Below, in pieces: positions 11,689 to 23,428 of a stretch of 64,000 bases of DNA. Within the stretch, counting starts at the first letter, position 1. Every line of letters starts with the position of its first letter. Both the position numbers and the translations under genes were made by a program. Below the pieces are notes generated by a model. It saw only the letters and a program-made list of their open reading frames with translations. It ran no database searches and was not told the DNA's origin. The stretch spans positions 36,444 through 100,443 of the forward strand of contig CAVSMN010000008.1 in the NCBI GenBank assembly GCA_963729045.1. Direction: 5' to 3'. This stretch comes from an uncultured Nitrososphaeraceae archaeon (GTDB lineage Archaea > Thermoproteota > Nitrososphaeria > Nitrososphaerales > Nitrososphaeraceae).

Positions 11689-13200
11689 ATGAAAAAATCA
11701 TCTTTTTCGTCTTGGAAGCTCCTTTTGATTTTGAGCTCTATCTCCATTTTGGTAATGTATGTAGAAACAATGTTATTACCTGCAATCCCAGACATCATTA
11801 GAGAGTTTAATATTTCTTATAGTATGTCCTCTTGGATATTTGCATCATTTGTAATATCTGCATTGATTTCTACAACCATAGTGTCAAAGCTATCCGATTT
11901 GTACGGACGGAAACTTATTCTTTTGACAGTATTAGTAATTTATACAGTGGGAATTCTTGGTGGTTCTTTAGCTAATGATATTTTTTGGTTAATCTTTTTC
12001 CGTATAATACAAGGTATTGGGATGTCTGTATTTCCCCTAGTTTTTGCAATTATCCAAATTGAAATTCCAAAAGACAAAATAGCTATAAGTCAAGGAACAC
12101 TGGCATCTATGTTTGCTTTCGGAGGAGTATTAGGATTAATGATTGGGGGAAATATTACACATAATTTTGGATGGCACATGACCTTCTTATCTATACTTCC
12201 GTTTACAATTATTGTAACCATCGTGATAAAGTATTTTGTCAAAATAAAAGATAAATCTCCCGTTGTGAAGGAAGCCAACAAATGGGAGTTATCTAATGAT
12301 ATTACAAATCTCAGCTCAAATCATAGGTATACAAAATCCCATAAAGTAGTTTCAAATTTTGATATTAAAGGAACCATCACCCTTGCTGTTACTATCATAT
12401 CATTTATTTCAGCACTAACATTGGTTCAATCAGAAAATAATGAAAGTGTGAAATCAGGTATATCAATTTCGACCTTATTGTTCGCATTGAGCGGTGTATC
12501 ACTGTTTGTTTTCATATTGCTCGAACGAAAAGTATCTGTTCCTCTAATTAATCTTCAATTGCTAAAATTAAAACCGATATTTCTAACAAACATCATCATA
12601 CTTATCTGGGGAATAGCTACATTTACCATTTTTCAAACTATACCAGTGCTTGTGAGGACTCCTCAGCCAATAGGTTTTGGGGGAAGTGCTTTAGATGTTG
12701 TCTACCTAACACTTCCATTTTCCATCATGTCATTGATATTTGGACCTACATCTGGTTTCATAATATCAAAAATTGGATCATTTAGGGTAATTATAGCAGG
12801 ATCAATAATAGCAACGATTGGATTTGGCAGTATTTTATTACTTTATAATAACCTTGTATGGACCGCGATAAGTCTCGCAATAATAGGTTCGGGATTATCT
12901 TTGTTAAATGTAGGTCAAATAAACATAAACACTGCTTCTACACCCATCAAATTCATAGGGATATCTTTTGGAGTAAATACATTATTTAGATTTATAGGCT
13001 CTGCTATAGGACCAGCTCTTGCAGGAATGTTAATGCAAATAAATCAAACACCTTTAAAAGTAGATGTTGCCACCAATATGACTAATTTTCCCTCATCTAA
13101 TTCATTTATGCAAATATTTCTTTGTATGACGCTGTTGTGTATTATTTCCGTGATACTATCTATTATGCTAAAAAAAGATGAATCTAAAGAAAGAGCTTAA
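11689..13200 (+). CDS. MFS transporter, DHA2 (EmrB/QacA-like)
   Basis: 503 aa, about 14 TM, SKLSDLYGRK motif A, RIIQGIG. Confidence 0.92.
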   Translation: MKKSSFSSWKLLLILSSISILVMYVETMLLPAIPDIIREFNISYSMSSWIFASFVISALISTTIVSKLSDLYGRKLILLTVLVIYTVGILGGSLANDIFWLIFFRIIQGIGMSVFPLVFAIIQIEIPKDKIAISQGTLASMFAFGGVLGLMIGGNITHNFGWHMTFLSILPFTIIVTIVIKYFVKIKDKSPVVKEANKWELSNDITNLSSNHRYTKSHKVVSNFDIKGTITLAVTIISFISALTLVQSENNESVKSGISISTLLFALSGVSLFVFILLERKVSVPLINLQLLKLKPIFLTNIIILIWGIATFTIFQTIPVLVRTPQPIGFGGSALDVVYLTLPFSIMSLIFGPTSGFIISKIGSFRVIIAGSIIATIGFGSILLLYNNLVWTAISLAIIGSGLSLLNVGQININTASTPIKFIGISFGVNTLFRFIGSAIGPALAGMLMQINQTPLKVDVATNMTNFPSSNSFMQIFLCMTLLCIISVILSIMLKKDESKERA

Positions 13201-13302
13201 CAAAGAGGGTTGTCATAAGAGATGAACAATTCTAGGCGGAAAAATCAAGATTCACTGTTTCAAATGTATATGGAAGTAGCTAAATTAGCATATGGAAATC
13301 AA

Positions 13303-13416
13303 TGGAAACCCGTGAAATCAAGAGACGAGTTCAAATTCCATTCCCTCCATTTGATGGGTTGTTTAACAGAAATAGATTCCCTGTTTTTATATCAGAGTTT
13401 CGAATTCCTCTCTTGG
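13303..13416 (+). repeat. Degenerate family A sites (A3a 13303-13350, A3b 13374-13416)
   Basis: GGAAACCCGTG...GACGAGTTCAAATTCCA; AGATTCCCTGTTTTTATATCAGAGTTTCGAATTCC matches the left arm of A4. Confidence 0.55.
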
Positions 13417-13658
13417 TTACGAAGTTTTCCTAATTAATACGCAAATCCGCTTAAAGGCTACACTTTAAACCAAATATTACAATTGGGCGCCGCATTGGTT
13501 GCTGTTCTTTTTATGATCATCCATAAATTGAAACAAGTTAGTCAGGCTAGTGAGGTTACAAGAAGGAGCATAGCGGGTTCAGACCCGAAACCTCGCATAT
13601 TTAATGTGCTTAAAACATGCGAATTGTTGACAAAAACCTTATCTATGTATGATTTTAT

Positions 13659-14888
13659 TTGGAGTATAAAGGGTTACTCAATACGGACTTGCAATCACAA
13701 AAATACTCATTCATAGCTTTTGCTTCAGCTAGTATTATTTTTGTGTTGTTATTGATATTAAACCCCTGTTCGCCCTTTCATGAGGCTTTTGCTGCACCGC
13801 CTGCGTTTGATCAAGTCTTAATTTATGATAAAAATATCAGCGATCAGAAAAACGACTGGGTTCAAACCTATGGTAATGATAGTGCTAATTTAAGGTCCGA
13901 CCCTGCAGACCTACTGGCAGTGGATTATTTTAGTGATGGAAAAACTCTAGATACTACATTTTGGGTGAAATCAAATTCGGAAAATGCTTCTGTATACGAT
14001 CAACCTTTCAAAAAGATTAGGTATGGTGTGCTTATTGCCATTGTTTCCTTGCCTCAAAATTCAGGATATAACGGAGCCAATTTCAACTATTATGTTGAAG
14101 CAGCTAATGGAAAATGGAGTGAATATCTTTACCAGTTATCATCAACAGGTACTTCTGCGCTTATAGAATCCAAGATAAACTATACTGAACCTTTCGATAA
14201 TCCCAAAATAGGGCCAGGATATGTCAAACTGCTATTGAACCTGGATTCTATAAATTCCCCAAGCAATTACGGCTTATCTTTTTATACAGCAGAATCCTTC
14301 AAGTCAAGCGAAGTCAGGGATTTCACAAGCTGGGTTGCTGTTCCTCCACCTGTCATAGACATATTAACACATCCCGAGAGTATAGTCATAAGACAAGGAG
14401 AAAAGAAAATAGTACCGACTGAGATAGAGACACCCCTCTCTAGTAATGTTACTAGTATAACTTTTGAACATGGCACTAATTTCAGCTCTAACGGCTTAAG
14501 TGTATCTGCCCAAAGAATCCAGCCCCCATTATTTGAGGTAGAGGTTTCTCCACAATCACCAGTAGGTGTGTATACTGTACCTTTTGAGGCTTCAATGTTA
14601 GTACAAACAACATCGTCGACAGCGCCTATGTTTAATGAAACAGTAACTGGAATTGTGGACCCAGAGTTTCAAGTGTCCAAAAAGTATCCAACTACCGGCG
14701 ATATAATAGGTAAAGGTAATTTAACAATAGAGGTACTACCGCCACTAACTGTTAATGAGGGATTTATGGCCTTTTGGAATACATACGGGACTGCAATAGT
14801 GATTCTCGGCAGTGGGGCAGCTGGAGTCTTTGCGACATTTTTTATTGATTATATGAAAAGTCTGAAAAGCAAAAGGAAACACAAATAG
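13659..14888 (+). CDS. Secreted/membrane-anchored hypothetical protein
   Basis: 409 aa, N-terminal hydrophobic segment, beta-rich body, C-terminal TM plus basic tail. Confidence 0.8.
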   Translation: MEYKGLLNTDLQSQKYSFIAFASASIIFVLLLILNPCSPFHEAFAAPPAFDQVLIYDKNISDQKNDWVQTYGNDSANLRSDPADLLAVDYFSDGKTLDTTFWVKSNSENASVYDQPFKKIRYGVLIAIVSLPQNSGYNGANFNYYVEAANGKWSEYLYQLSSTGTSALIESKINYTEPFDNPKIGPGYVKLLLNLDSINSPSNYGLSFYTAESFKSSEVRDFTSWVAVPPPVIDILTHPESIVIRQGEKKIVPTEIETPLSSNVTSITFEHGTNFSSNGLSVSAQRIQPPLFEVEVSPQSPVGVYTVPFEASMLVQTTSSTAPMFNETVTGIVDPEFQVSKKYPTTGDIIGKGNLTIEVLPPLTVNEGFMAFWNTYGTAIVILGSGAAGVFATFFIDYMKSLKSKRKHK

Positions 14889-15121
14889 ACACAAATCCAT
14901 TAGTAACCTAACTCGAGGGGACCATAATATCTGGATGATTTGCTGAATGCAACCTTATGTTTAAGGTCGATTGGAATAACCCTCTTTCCTTCCTTGGACA
15001 AGAATCTGAAGAGCCAAGTACATTATTTTGGATTTAATTTGTTTTCTGTTTTCTTTCGTGCTCCTGATGGTCACCTTACAGAATATTTGGACATGCTAAA
15101 TGAAGAGCCAAAGCCCTTCTC

Positions 15122-15460
15122 TTGGGAATAGTAGTGTCTATGAATATTTATTTGATAAAAAATTTAAACCTGAAAATAGGTAAATCATTGATTTCAGGTT
15201 CATTTTTAGGAATTGTAACTAGCACTTGTGTTAGTTGTTCATCTATTGGGTTTATAACCATTTCAACCTTCGGTGGAGCAGGTAGAGTGGCTACAGCGTT
15301 TCTTACAAATTATCAAATACCATTACGATTACTCTCCATCGGTATAATGATTGGTTCAGGTTTCCTTATTGGAATATATATCGTATCAAGAACTATAGGA
15401 ATTCCTCAAATAGGGATAGAACGTGTTGGTCCATTCGATCTAATTACCAATTTATTTTAA
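15122..15460 (+). pseudogene. Membrane protein fragment(s) with CxxC
   Basis: STCVSCSSIGF within hydrophobic segments; lacks a convincing N-terminus. Confidence 0.45.
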
Positions 15461-15557
15461 GTGGGAATAGTCGCAAGTTCTTTGTATCTTATTAAGGTCA
15501 AAAGACAATGAACAACCTGTCAAAATTAAGGTTTATGATAGTTTATGATTATGATAT

Positions 15558-15590
15558 GAACCCACGACTACCTGACATGACAAATCCAAT
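15558..15590 (+). repeat. Family B site B2
   Basis: GAACCCACGACTACCTGACATGACAAATCCAAT. Confidence 0.75.
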
Positions 15591-15623
15591 TCTTTCTCAT
15601 TTCTAATCTAGCCTTCAATAATT

Positions 15624-15672
15624 AGATTCCCTGTTTTTATAGCAAGGCTTCGAGTCCCCCAACTTCGTCTGG
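15624..15672 (+). repeat. Family A site A4
   Basis: AGATTCCCTGTTTTTATAGCAAGGCTTCGAGTCCCCCAACTTCGTCTGG; the next ~45 bp also match those after A7. Confidence 0.8.
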
Positions 15673-15909
15673 TTTTGTATTGTTCAACTTATCAAGTTCT
15701 TGTTTCTTAAGAAAAAAATTTACTCTACTTAGGTATAACAGATCGAATGTAATTATCCCACTTTTTACATTGGATCGGACTTATATATCTAAGAATCATG
15801 TACCCTGTAGATATCGTATAGATATAAGATAGATAGTAAAAAAGAAGTTCATTTTTCTGCTAAAAAACTTGCAACTGATGAAATAGTTTGGTATACTATT
15901 TTCTAATAT

Positions 15910-16356
15910 ATGAGACTTGGATCAACTGTATTGGCTGTTGCTTTGGTACTATTTGGTCTCTTGGCTATATACAGTTTATCGATATCAGATTTGTTATCCA
16001 AGGTTAATTCCTTTGTTTATAACGATCATGAAAAACCCGAAATACACTACTATGCAGATAGAATGTCTACCGCCCAGGAACCATTAGATAATACTCTGGT
16101 AGAAATCGTAAAGAGTTTTAAGAATTCTTCGGGATTTTACAAAATAAATGGAACTTTAGAAAATCAAGGTGCAATAATTCTTTCAGATATCCAAGTTATA
16201 AAATATTATAAAGTTCCTTCAGTGAATGATACTACTTTGATATGCTATGAGCAAAATATTGTAAATTGCCAGTACAAGTTAAATGATCCTCAGTTACCTT
16301 CCAAAGGTTTTTTCTTAATGATGCCGCCAGCACCACCAGAAATAAACATCAATTAG
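15910..16356 (+). CDS. Hypothetical protein with N-terminal TM/signal
   Basis: 148-aa ORF, hydrophobic N-terminus. Confidence 0.65.
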   Translation: MRLGSTVLAVALVLFGLLAIYSLSISDLLSKVNSFVYNDHEKPEIHYYADRMSTAQEPLDNTLVEIVKSFKNSSGFYKINGTLENQGAIILSDIQVIKYYKVPSVNDTTLICYEQNIVNCQYKLNDPQLPSKGFFLMMPPAPPEININ

Positions 16357-16449
16357 ACTTGATGACTTTATCATTTCATAAAAAAATGAGATCGTATGCT
16401 TTATAGATTAACATATCTATCTTAAAGTCTAATAAATATGCTAGATTAG

Positions 16450-16779
16450 TTGCCTAATCCTCCTCATACACAATCACAATTCCTTTATCTAACGACTAAA
16501 GGATGGAAATCAGGAAAATTACATAAAATAGAAATTTGGTTTGTTGAGCAAAATAAGAAATATTATGTTTTATCAGAGTATAAAAAGAAAGTACACTGGG
16601 TTCAGAATATCCTTCACGATCCTACCATATCTTTTCATGTAGATAATCAATCATTCCACGGTTATGGACGGGTAATTGAAGATGCTGTAGAGACAGATTT
16701 GATTAATAGAATTTCACAGATGATGGATAAGAAATACGGATGGAGCGATGGATTAATAGTGGAATTATGTTCTTCATGA
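16450..16779 (+). CDS. Deazaflavin (F420)-dependent nitroreductase-like / split-barrel protein
   Basis: LYLTTKGWKSG..HKIEIWF, HWVQNILHDP. Confidence 0.75.
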   Translation: MPNPPHTQSQFLYLTTKGWKSGKLHKIEIWFVEQNKKYYVLSEYKKKVHWVQNILHDPTISFHVDNQSFHGYGRVIEDAVETDLINRISQMMDKKYGWSDGLIVELCSS

Positions 16780-17008
16780 GTTAAATACAATATATACATA
16801 TTGACATAATCTTTTTTCAACCATAGTTCAAAATATTTAGAATTTATTAACTAGAACCAAAGTATTTGAATGGAGATTCTCATTAAGAACTTCGATCATG
16901 GTAACGAAAAAAATCTTTTCTTCTTTATTTTATCTAACAGAATATCTAGTATTCTTAATGTAATTGCTATAAAAAGATTTATAATTTCATCAAGTCTAAG
17001 TCAGGCTA

Positions 17009-18715
17009 TTGTATATTGTTTCTAAAACGATACAATTCTTTTCAATCATTGTAATTTTGTCAGTTTCTTTGGTTTCTCTTTTCCCCCTGACAACTTCATA
17101 CCTCGAAGGATCCGATTCATGGAATACAGGCTTTGCTTTTGCTCAACTTACTAATAACAATATTATCCAGATTGTAAGCACTTCTACCTTTACAGATGAC
17201 TTTGGTAATTTTCATGTTATAGGTGAGGTAAATAACACATCAATAGACCCCCAAACAAATATCATAATTACTGCACTTTTATCTGATACAAACAACAATG
17301 TTTTAGTTGGAAATCACTCTGCATTCTCGTCAATATCGAACTCTTAGACAAACCGAACTATCTCCATTTGATATAGTAATACAGGATCCTCAGATATTAG
17401 GCAAGTTTAACTTTATGGAATTTTCTACTACTTCGCAACCTGCAATAGAGAAACCAGCAAACCTTGTATTAAATGGAACAAGTGCCTTTTTAGACAATAT
17501 TGGAAACCCTCACATCACTGGTAATATAATCAACCAAGGACAGTCACCTGAACAATTCTTAAATCTAGTTGCAACATTCTATGATAATTCAAGTCTAGGA
17601 GTTGTAGGGACTCAAAGTTTTGGCCTAAATGTTGGCAACTTATCTCAAAATCAGATGACACCATTTGATATCACTATCTTAGATAACAAGACAAAATCTC
17701 AAGGCAAGTTCTATTCCCTAAACATGGATTCTACTCAAAGTTCAATGAGCTTTTCCAACCAATACAAAGTTTCTTTTTAATAATGATGGTTTTGGGGGTG
17801 AGAATGGTACAGATTCATTGATAGTGGTGGATTATTTGTCTACAACTCCCACTACCGTTTAAGTGATAATCAGGGGATAGTAAACGATGACACTGGCCAA
17901 TCATACTCATGGATCTAGTAATGGTAATTCTGGTAGCATCGTCAGGAAATGACTTAGAAATAAGACATTGATGAGCAGAAACTTATAAGTCGGATATCAA
18001 TGACCTATAATGACTTTGATGGTGACAATAGATGGCAGGAGGATTGTGAAGTCTATGAGGGTGATTTGATAATAAAGGACGTTTAGCAAGGTGAGTGAAC
18101 ATTAAATGTGTAAATATTCAGATGGAAACAATTGTGACGGTTGGAATCAACGACTTTTAAAGTAATTAAGAATCTTGATGAACTGATGGCACGGCAAGTC
18201 AGGACAGTGCAAGATACGGAAGATAATAACACACATTGATAATGACAACCAGGAAAAAGTGATGATTTGGACTGTGGAGACATCGGGGATACAAATATCC
18301 CAGTTGGCAGCGATGACCCGAATAATCTTGACGCTGATGGTGACGGGATAGGATGCGGAAAAATGCGAGTGATACCCAAACAATAATGATGAGAATATAC
18401 AACAATGAAAACACAGCGATGAAAGTAATCCATGTACAGGATCGGAGAAGCTAATAGTATCGGATTCTACAAGTAATGGAGACAATGATGCAAATGATGA
18501 CTGGAACGATCAGAAAATAGATGAAGTGACCTCAGTGAATACGAGCGACAAGTGAGGAACGGTGAGGACTAATGCTGACGGCAAAAGGATGTAAATGAAA
18601 GCGAGAACATAATGATAATGAAGGTATCGAAGACAGAATCACAATTCTGAGGAATCAGATAACAAGAAGCAATGATAGTGACGATGAACCAGAAAGTGAA
18701 GAAAACGACAATTAA
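17009..18715 (+). pseudogene. Secreted FxLYD-domain protein with Excalibur-like motif and acidic tail, copy 1 (many indels)
   Basis: FHVIGEVNN, LVATFYDN, DPNNLDADGDGIGC in shifting frames; paralog of 42069..43436. Confidence 0.75.
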
Positions 18716-18802
18716 ACTGGATAATAACCGAGTTTAAGGGATGCCCAAGGAATCCCATCGTCATGGTCTATTAGTTATTGTATCCTCAGCAATGCAATCG
18801 AT

Positions 18803-18840
18803 AATTATAGTCAAATTTGAACCATATCCCCACGCGCCCA
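18803..18840 (+). repeat. Family C site C1
   Basis: AATTATAGTCAAATTTGAACCATATCCCCACGCGCCCA. Confidence 0.7.
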
Positions 18841-18935
18841 AACTCAGTGATCTCTGAAATGGTAAATATACAATGACTCGATTGGGTTCGCGTTACATTT
18901 GTGTCGGACAAATGAACTGTTAAATTTCTTTCTAC

Positions 18936-19403
18936 TTGACTATTATTTTTTCAAAATCAAATCTTTATTTGCTCCGGAAAATTATATTTAAATCAAGAAT
19001 AACAATAGGATATATGGCTCTTTCTGAATCATTTGTAAACCAGCATGTGAAAAATTGGATTGATGGCTGGAATAACCACGATATAAAAACAGTATTATCT
19101 ATGTATTCGGAAAATATTGAATTCTCTAGCCCTAAAGTCAAAGTTGTATTTCCAGATCGCACCTCATCAAAAATATCTAACCAAAAAGAATTAGAGGAAT
19201 ATTGGTCAAAAGCCTTGAAAAATAACTTTCCTTCACTGAATTTTACGCCCAAAGAAGTATTGATACAAGAAAACAAGATTCTACTTGAATACTATGCAAC
19301 ATTGGATGGTAAACATAGAACATCTGTTATTGAGAAATTTGAATTTCAAGATGGATTGATTACAAAGTCCAGTGTATTTTATGGTTCTGAGGAAACTATT
19401 TGA
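18936..19403 (+). CDS. SnoaL-like / NTF2-fold protein (likely start ATG 19014)
   Basis: WIDGWNNHDIKTVLSMYSENIEFSSP. Confidence 0.85.
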   Translation: MTIIFSKSNLYLLRKIIFKSRITIGYMALSESFVNQHVKNWIDGWNNHDIKTVLSMYSENIEFSSPKVKVVFPDRTSSKISNQKELEEYWSKALKNNFPSLNFTPKEVLIQENKILLEYYATLDGKHRTSVIEKFEFQDGLITKSSVFYGSEETI

Positions 19404-19504
19404 TGGTGTAACAATACAATCAAATCCTAATATGTCTCAATTAGATGATTCACCACAAGCGTCAGGTTTAAAGTTAAAAAATAACTCAGCCTGACAATAG
19501 AATA

Positions 19505-20266
19505 TCAACTATCGATACTTCCTACCCTGAGGTTTAGATCCCATTTTACTAGTTTTATTTCATCATCCTTTCCCCACAAATTCTTCAAATCTTCTTTGAC
19601 TACACTCAATGGGTCGCATTTATTTTCCGCATAGAATCTTTTTACTGCTGACCACGTTTGCATGTAATCAAAAAGATTATTAAGATTCCAGTCTACTTTT
19701 ATCTCAAATTTGGGAACCTCAATTTCCTTAAAAGGGAACGGTATTGTTTTGTATTCTTCTTTTACAAATTTGACTTCTTTTGGCCAATAGTTTCCGAGAA
19801 TATCTCCGCCAACATTGAGTCTTTCACTTATTTTGTCAATTTCAGGGCTAATTTTTTGCATTCCATAGGCCCATACTGCTATTATTCCACTACTTCGGCT
19901 TACTCGTCTGGCTTCTCGATAAAACATCTCAAAGTCAAACCAGTGAACTGCCATCGCTACAGTGATTAGGTTAACAGAGTTGTTTTGGATATTGGGTTTC
20001 TCTGCAGGAAACACCTCATAGTTGATGTTGTCCCGATCAAATGCGTTATCAATTTGATTCTTGCTTGCATCGCTTGCTATCACCTTTTTAAAGTATTTGC
20101 AAAGGCTTATGGCGGCCTGTCCGTTTCCTGTCGCACAATCCCAAGCCAGATCCTTAACAGGAGTAATCTCATTTAGAAATTTAAAAAGATCCTCTGGATA
20201 TTTTGGTCTAGCATAAGAATATTCTCTGGATTTTGAGGAAAAATGGTTGACAGTACCTGGTGTCAT
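19505..20266 (-). CDS. Class I SAM-dependent methyltransferase
   Basis: YSYARPKYP, AWDCATGNGQAA, AVHWFD. Confidence 0.92.
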   Translation of the reverse strand: MTPGTVNHFSSKSREYSYARPKYPEDLFKFLNEITPVKDLAWDCATGNGQAAISLCKYFKKVIASDASKNQIDNAFDRDNINYEVFPAEKPNIQNNSVNLITVAMAVHWFDFEMFYREARRVSRSSGIIAVWAYGMQKISPEIDKISERLNVGGDILGNYWPKEVKFVKEEYKTIPFPFKEIEVPKFEIKVDWNLNNLFDYMQTWSAVKRFYAENKCDPLSVVKEDLKNLWGKDDEIKLVKWDLNLRVGSIDS

Positions 20267-20630
20267 GCATTTAATTTATTTTATTTATCAAAAAACCTTT
20301 TTGTCTAGGATTGATCATTGTGAAATAGATTCCTTTGATATTTATCCTCCATAATTTTCAATAAATAACCGTCCGAATCGTCCAATCGTCCTATAATACT
20401 TGACACAGTAAAGAAATGAGCACAATTGTGCTAAATAACCGAATATTTGCAATTGACGATACTATTGAGTTTCCAGATAACCGTCAATGATTTAATGGTG
20501 CCGGATTAGACAAGAGGCGCTCTGTATTGAAATTTGATGTATGTTGCTTTCTCTTAAATCATTAGATCTTTGTAATGGTTGACTTTGATTTTGTTTACAT
20601 ATGAATGTACCGGCCATCACTTTTAACGTT

Positions 20631-20668
20631 GATTATATTCAACCTTGAATCACATCCCCACGGATGTA
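20631..20668 (+). repeat. Family C site C2
   Basis: GATTATATTCAACCTTGAATCACATCCCCACGGATGTA. Confidence 0.8.
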
Positions 20669-20691
20669 TTTAGCATTATGTGAAGAGAAAC

Positions 20692-21177
20692 TTAATCAAA
20701 AATGAATCTCCAGTTATAATTACTTTCTAACAAATGAACTATAACTGGATCAAACTGTATAGACTTTTTAAAATCCTCCATCGTGGATGTTCCTAGTTCT
20801 CTGAAAAAGTTTTCCAATCCTGCAGGAGTGTATGTTACAAGTAGTTTGCCCTGATCATTTCCAATTTTTCTATAAGAATGACTTTTATCTTTTTCAAATC
20901 TTAACACCGTATCCTTATTTCCTTCTAGAGTTTCTTTTCCGTATCTAAAGGAAAAATTGCCTTCAATCACGTGCATTACCAATGCTTCGTTTCCGTGCTT
21001 GTGTAAAGGTACTTCTGACTCTTCACCTGGAGGAAAGGTAATTTCAATTATCGAATATTTATTTTGAGTCTGATTTCCAGATACAAGAATTTTATAAATT
21101 ATTCCATTTAGAATATATTGTTCAATCGATTTGTAGTCTTGGGAAAAGACTTCATTATCCTTTTCATCGCTCATCAT
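20692..21177 (-). CDS. Cupin domain protein, copy 1
   Basis: PLHKHGNEALVMHVIEG...HSYR...PAGLENFF. Confidence 0.88.
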   Translation of the reverse strand: MMSDEKDNEVFSQDYKSIEQYILNGIIYKILVSGNQTQNKYSIIEITFPPGEESEVPLHKHGNEALVMHVIEGNFSFRYGKETLEGNKDTVLRFEKDKSHSYRKIGNDQGKLLVTYTPAGLENFFRELGTSTMEDFKKSIQFDPVIVHLLESNYNWRFIFD

Positions 21178-21383
21178 TAATCATTACTTATTAGGGTAAA
21201 TTTATTAATATTTAAATAATTTCCAAATCCTTGATTAACACCACTTAAATTATTAGAATGTATGCATGCTACTGCTACAATTCAAATAATTTGTATGGGT
21301 GAAACTGACAGATTATTAAACAGGCCATAAAGTCTTATAAGAATTCAAGCACGATGATTTATTTTTCAATGGATATAATACCC

Positions 21384-21423
21384 GATTATATTCAATCTTG
21401 AACCGTATCCCCACAGATGTATT
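21384..21423 (+). repeat. Family C site C3
   Basis: GATTATATTCAATCTTGAACCGTATCCCCACAGATGTATT. Confidence 0.8.
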
Positions 21424-21581
21424 CAAGCAAAGAAATTCAGAAATTGGCTAGAGTTCTACTCTGTATTATTATTGACCATATATGATACATCTGATCTGAT
21501 GTATTTCGTAGTTTTTGAGTTATTAATTTTTCCAATTATGGAGAGCACTTGTCGCAGCATAATGTACACTCATTATGTCCA

Positions 21582-22841
21582 TTATTTGACATAAAGAACA
21601 CTTGTGGAATTAGGCTTTAATTGATCAATGGTAATTATTGTCTTGTCCTGCTCGTCATAAACCACATCTTCTTTTACTAACTGTAGTACCTTGTCTACTT
21701 TAAAAGAGATTTCTTCAATCAACTCATTGCCTGATTTTATAGTTATCTTTTGACCTGTAATTGCAATATTAATTTTTTTTATCTTTCTTATTCGTTGGTA
21801 TAAATCGAAGAAAGTTGTCTTCCATGAAAAGGGAATTTTATTGAACAGATGTAAAATTTGATTCCACTGTTCAAACAAGTTTTTTCTAGTAATAGAATCA
21901 TGATTCCAATCATAAAAATAATGATGATAGTGGTTTAGAATACCTAGAGGTGTTCTTTGAACCATGGAATAAGAGATGGTATTGGATATCCATTTTACAA
22001 ATGTTTGTGAAGATTCTTGTTCTTTTTCTGCATTTTTATTGGAATTTGATATAGGATTTATTTTTAGCCTTCTAGGGATATATAGCATTATTCCCTGACT
22101 ATGCTTGTTATTATAGTAATCGACATTAGACATGATAAAGGGAATAATAAATCCCACATTGGCAAATTTTTTTAAAAGTTTACTTGCAAAATATTTTTTA
22201 AAATAACTGGGAACGTATGATGATCTAAAAAATCTATGGTAGTTTGATTGTCCATAGATAGGAATCATGCCAAGACTTGATAGGAGATTTAGATTGTGCG
22301 TAGAAAAGTCATCAAATGGAGGAACAAACAAAACTGGATTAATATCAAAGGATTTTCTTATTATATCCCTTCCAATATTTACATAGGATTCAAAGCCTAT
22401 CTTGTTGTTCTTTTCATAACCATCAGTATTTAGTGACCTGTAATAATGAGTAAATGTATCTTTTATAGTTCTGTTTATATCTTCACTCTTTCCGTCAATC
22501 TGCTGACTAAACTCTCCTCGACCATCAATTAAATCATGAGTTACACCATGTTGAATAATCTCAATCTTACTGTGTCTGATCTTTTCTTTTAAAAATGTGC
22601 ATAATTCTTCATTGTTCTCAATGGAATGATGTTCTGGAGAGTTCCTGAAATCAGGTGGGACACAAGCATCATTAATTGTCTTTTGATAAGGTATCACAGA
22701 TAGACTTACTTTGAATTGATTATTCCATGCGTTAGAATATATTGATTCGAGCATATTGCTTTTTGTAAAAAAATTAGTATCATCATCTCGAATTAAAATA
22801 GGAATTTTACCGTTGGGTCCTAGTAGTGGAGTAATCGTCAT
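21582..22841 (-). CDS. DUF2334 / polysaccharide deacetylase-like protein
   Basis: LIRDDD, SLSVIP, EIIQHGVTH, GEF, LFVPPF. Confidence 0.8.
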   Translation of the reverse strand: MTITPLLGPNGKIPILIRDDDTNFFTKSNMLESIYSNAWNNQFKVSLSVIPYQKTINDACVPPDFRNSPEHHSIENNEELCTFLKEKIRHSKIEIIQHGVTHDLIDGRGEFSQQIDGKSEDINRTIKDTFTHYYRSLNTDGYEKNNKIGFESYVNIGRDIIRKSFDINPVLFVPPFDDFSTHNLNLLSSLGMIPIYGQSNYHRFFRSSYVPSYFKKYFASKLLKKFANVGFIIPFIMSNVDYYNNKHSQGIMLYIPRRLKINPISNSNKNAEKEQESSQTFVKWISNTISYSMVQRTPLGILNHYHHYFYDWNHDSITRKNLFEQWNQILHLFNKIPFSWKTTFFDLYQRIRKIKKINIAITGQKITIKSGNELIEEISFKVDKVLQLVKEDVVYDEQDKTIITIDQLKPNSTSVLYVK

Positions 22842-23069
22842 CTATTGCTAAAGAAATCATTAATGCTTTTAAATCGTCCATTATCATCATACTCTAATGG
22901 ACCATGTTTATATCAGATAATCATATCATATCATCAGTTTTTGAGGGCTATCTATTTTTACTTCCTACAAGTTGCTGAAATAAATTAAAAATGAATAGTT
23001 AAGGAAATGACATATCTCATAAATCAATATGTCTAGTATGCGATGTTAAATTAAGGAATTTTTAAAAAA

Positions 23070-23345
23070 ATGAATTCTAATCATGTAAAGCGAATTGATT
23101 TCACTAAATCGGTAGAATATGATGATAAGGAGGATGTTTATTATGTGAAATCGGTTACTTCAGGAGAGAGATATAAGGTTAATAAATTAAAGGATAATAA
23201 CCATTGGTTTTGCACATGTAAAGGATATTTGTATTCGGCTGGAAACCCCAAGAAATGCAAACATACTCAAAGAATTAGAGTTATTGATCAGTTGTATAAA
23301 AAATATGCTGATAAGATTACAAACTTCGAATTAAAAGATAGATAA
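23070..23345 (+). CDS. SWIM zinc-finger protein
   Basis: WFCTCKGY...KCKH. Confidence 0.75.
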   Translation: MNSNHVKRIDFTKSVEYDDKEDVYYVKSVTSGERYKVNKLKDNNHWFCTCKGYLYSAGNPKKCKHTQRIRVIDQLYKKYADKITNFELKDR

Positions 23346-23428
23346 TTGATCTTCATTAATGTGAACGTTATAGACGTCTATTAATTTTTTATATGGAGAT
23401 TCTGCCTCGGTTACATAACTAAACCTTA

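Noticed and set aside
13573..13587. GCGGGTTCAGACCCG as a further tRNA T-arm fragment
   Set aside because: Too short and single-copy; may be chance.
18083..18485. Overlapping minus-strand ORFs
   Set aside because: Antisense to the frameshifted acidic tail of the FxLYD gene.
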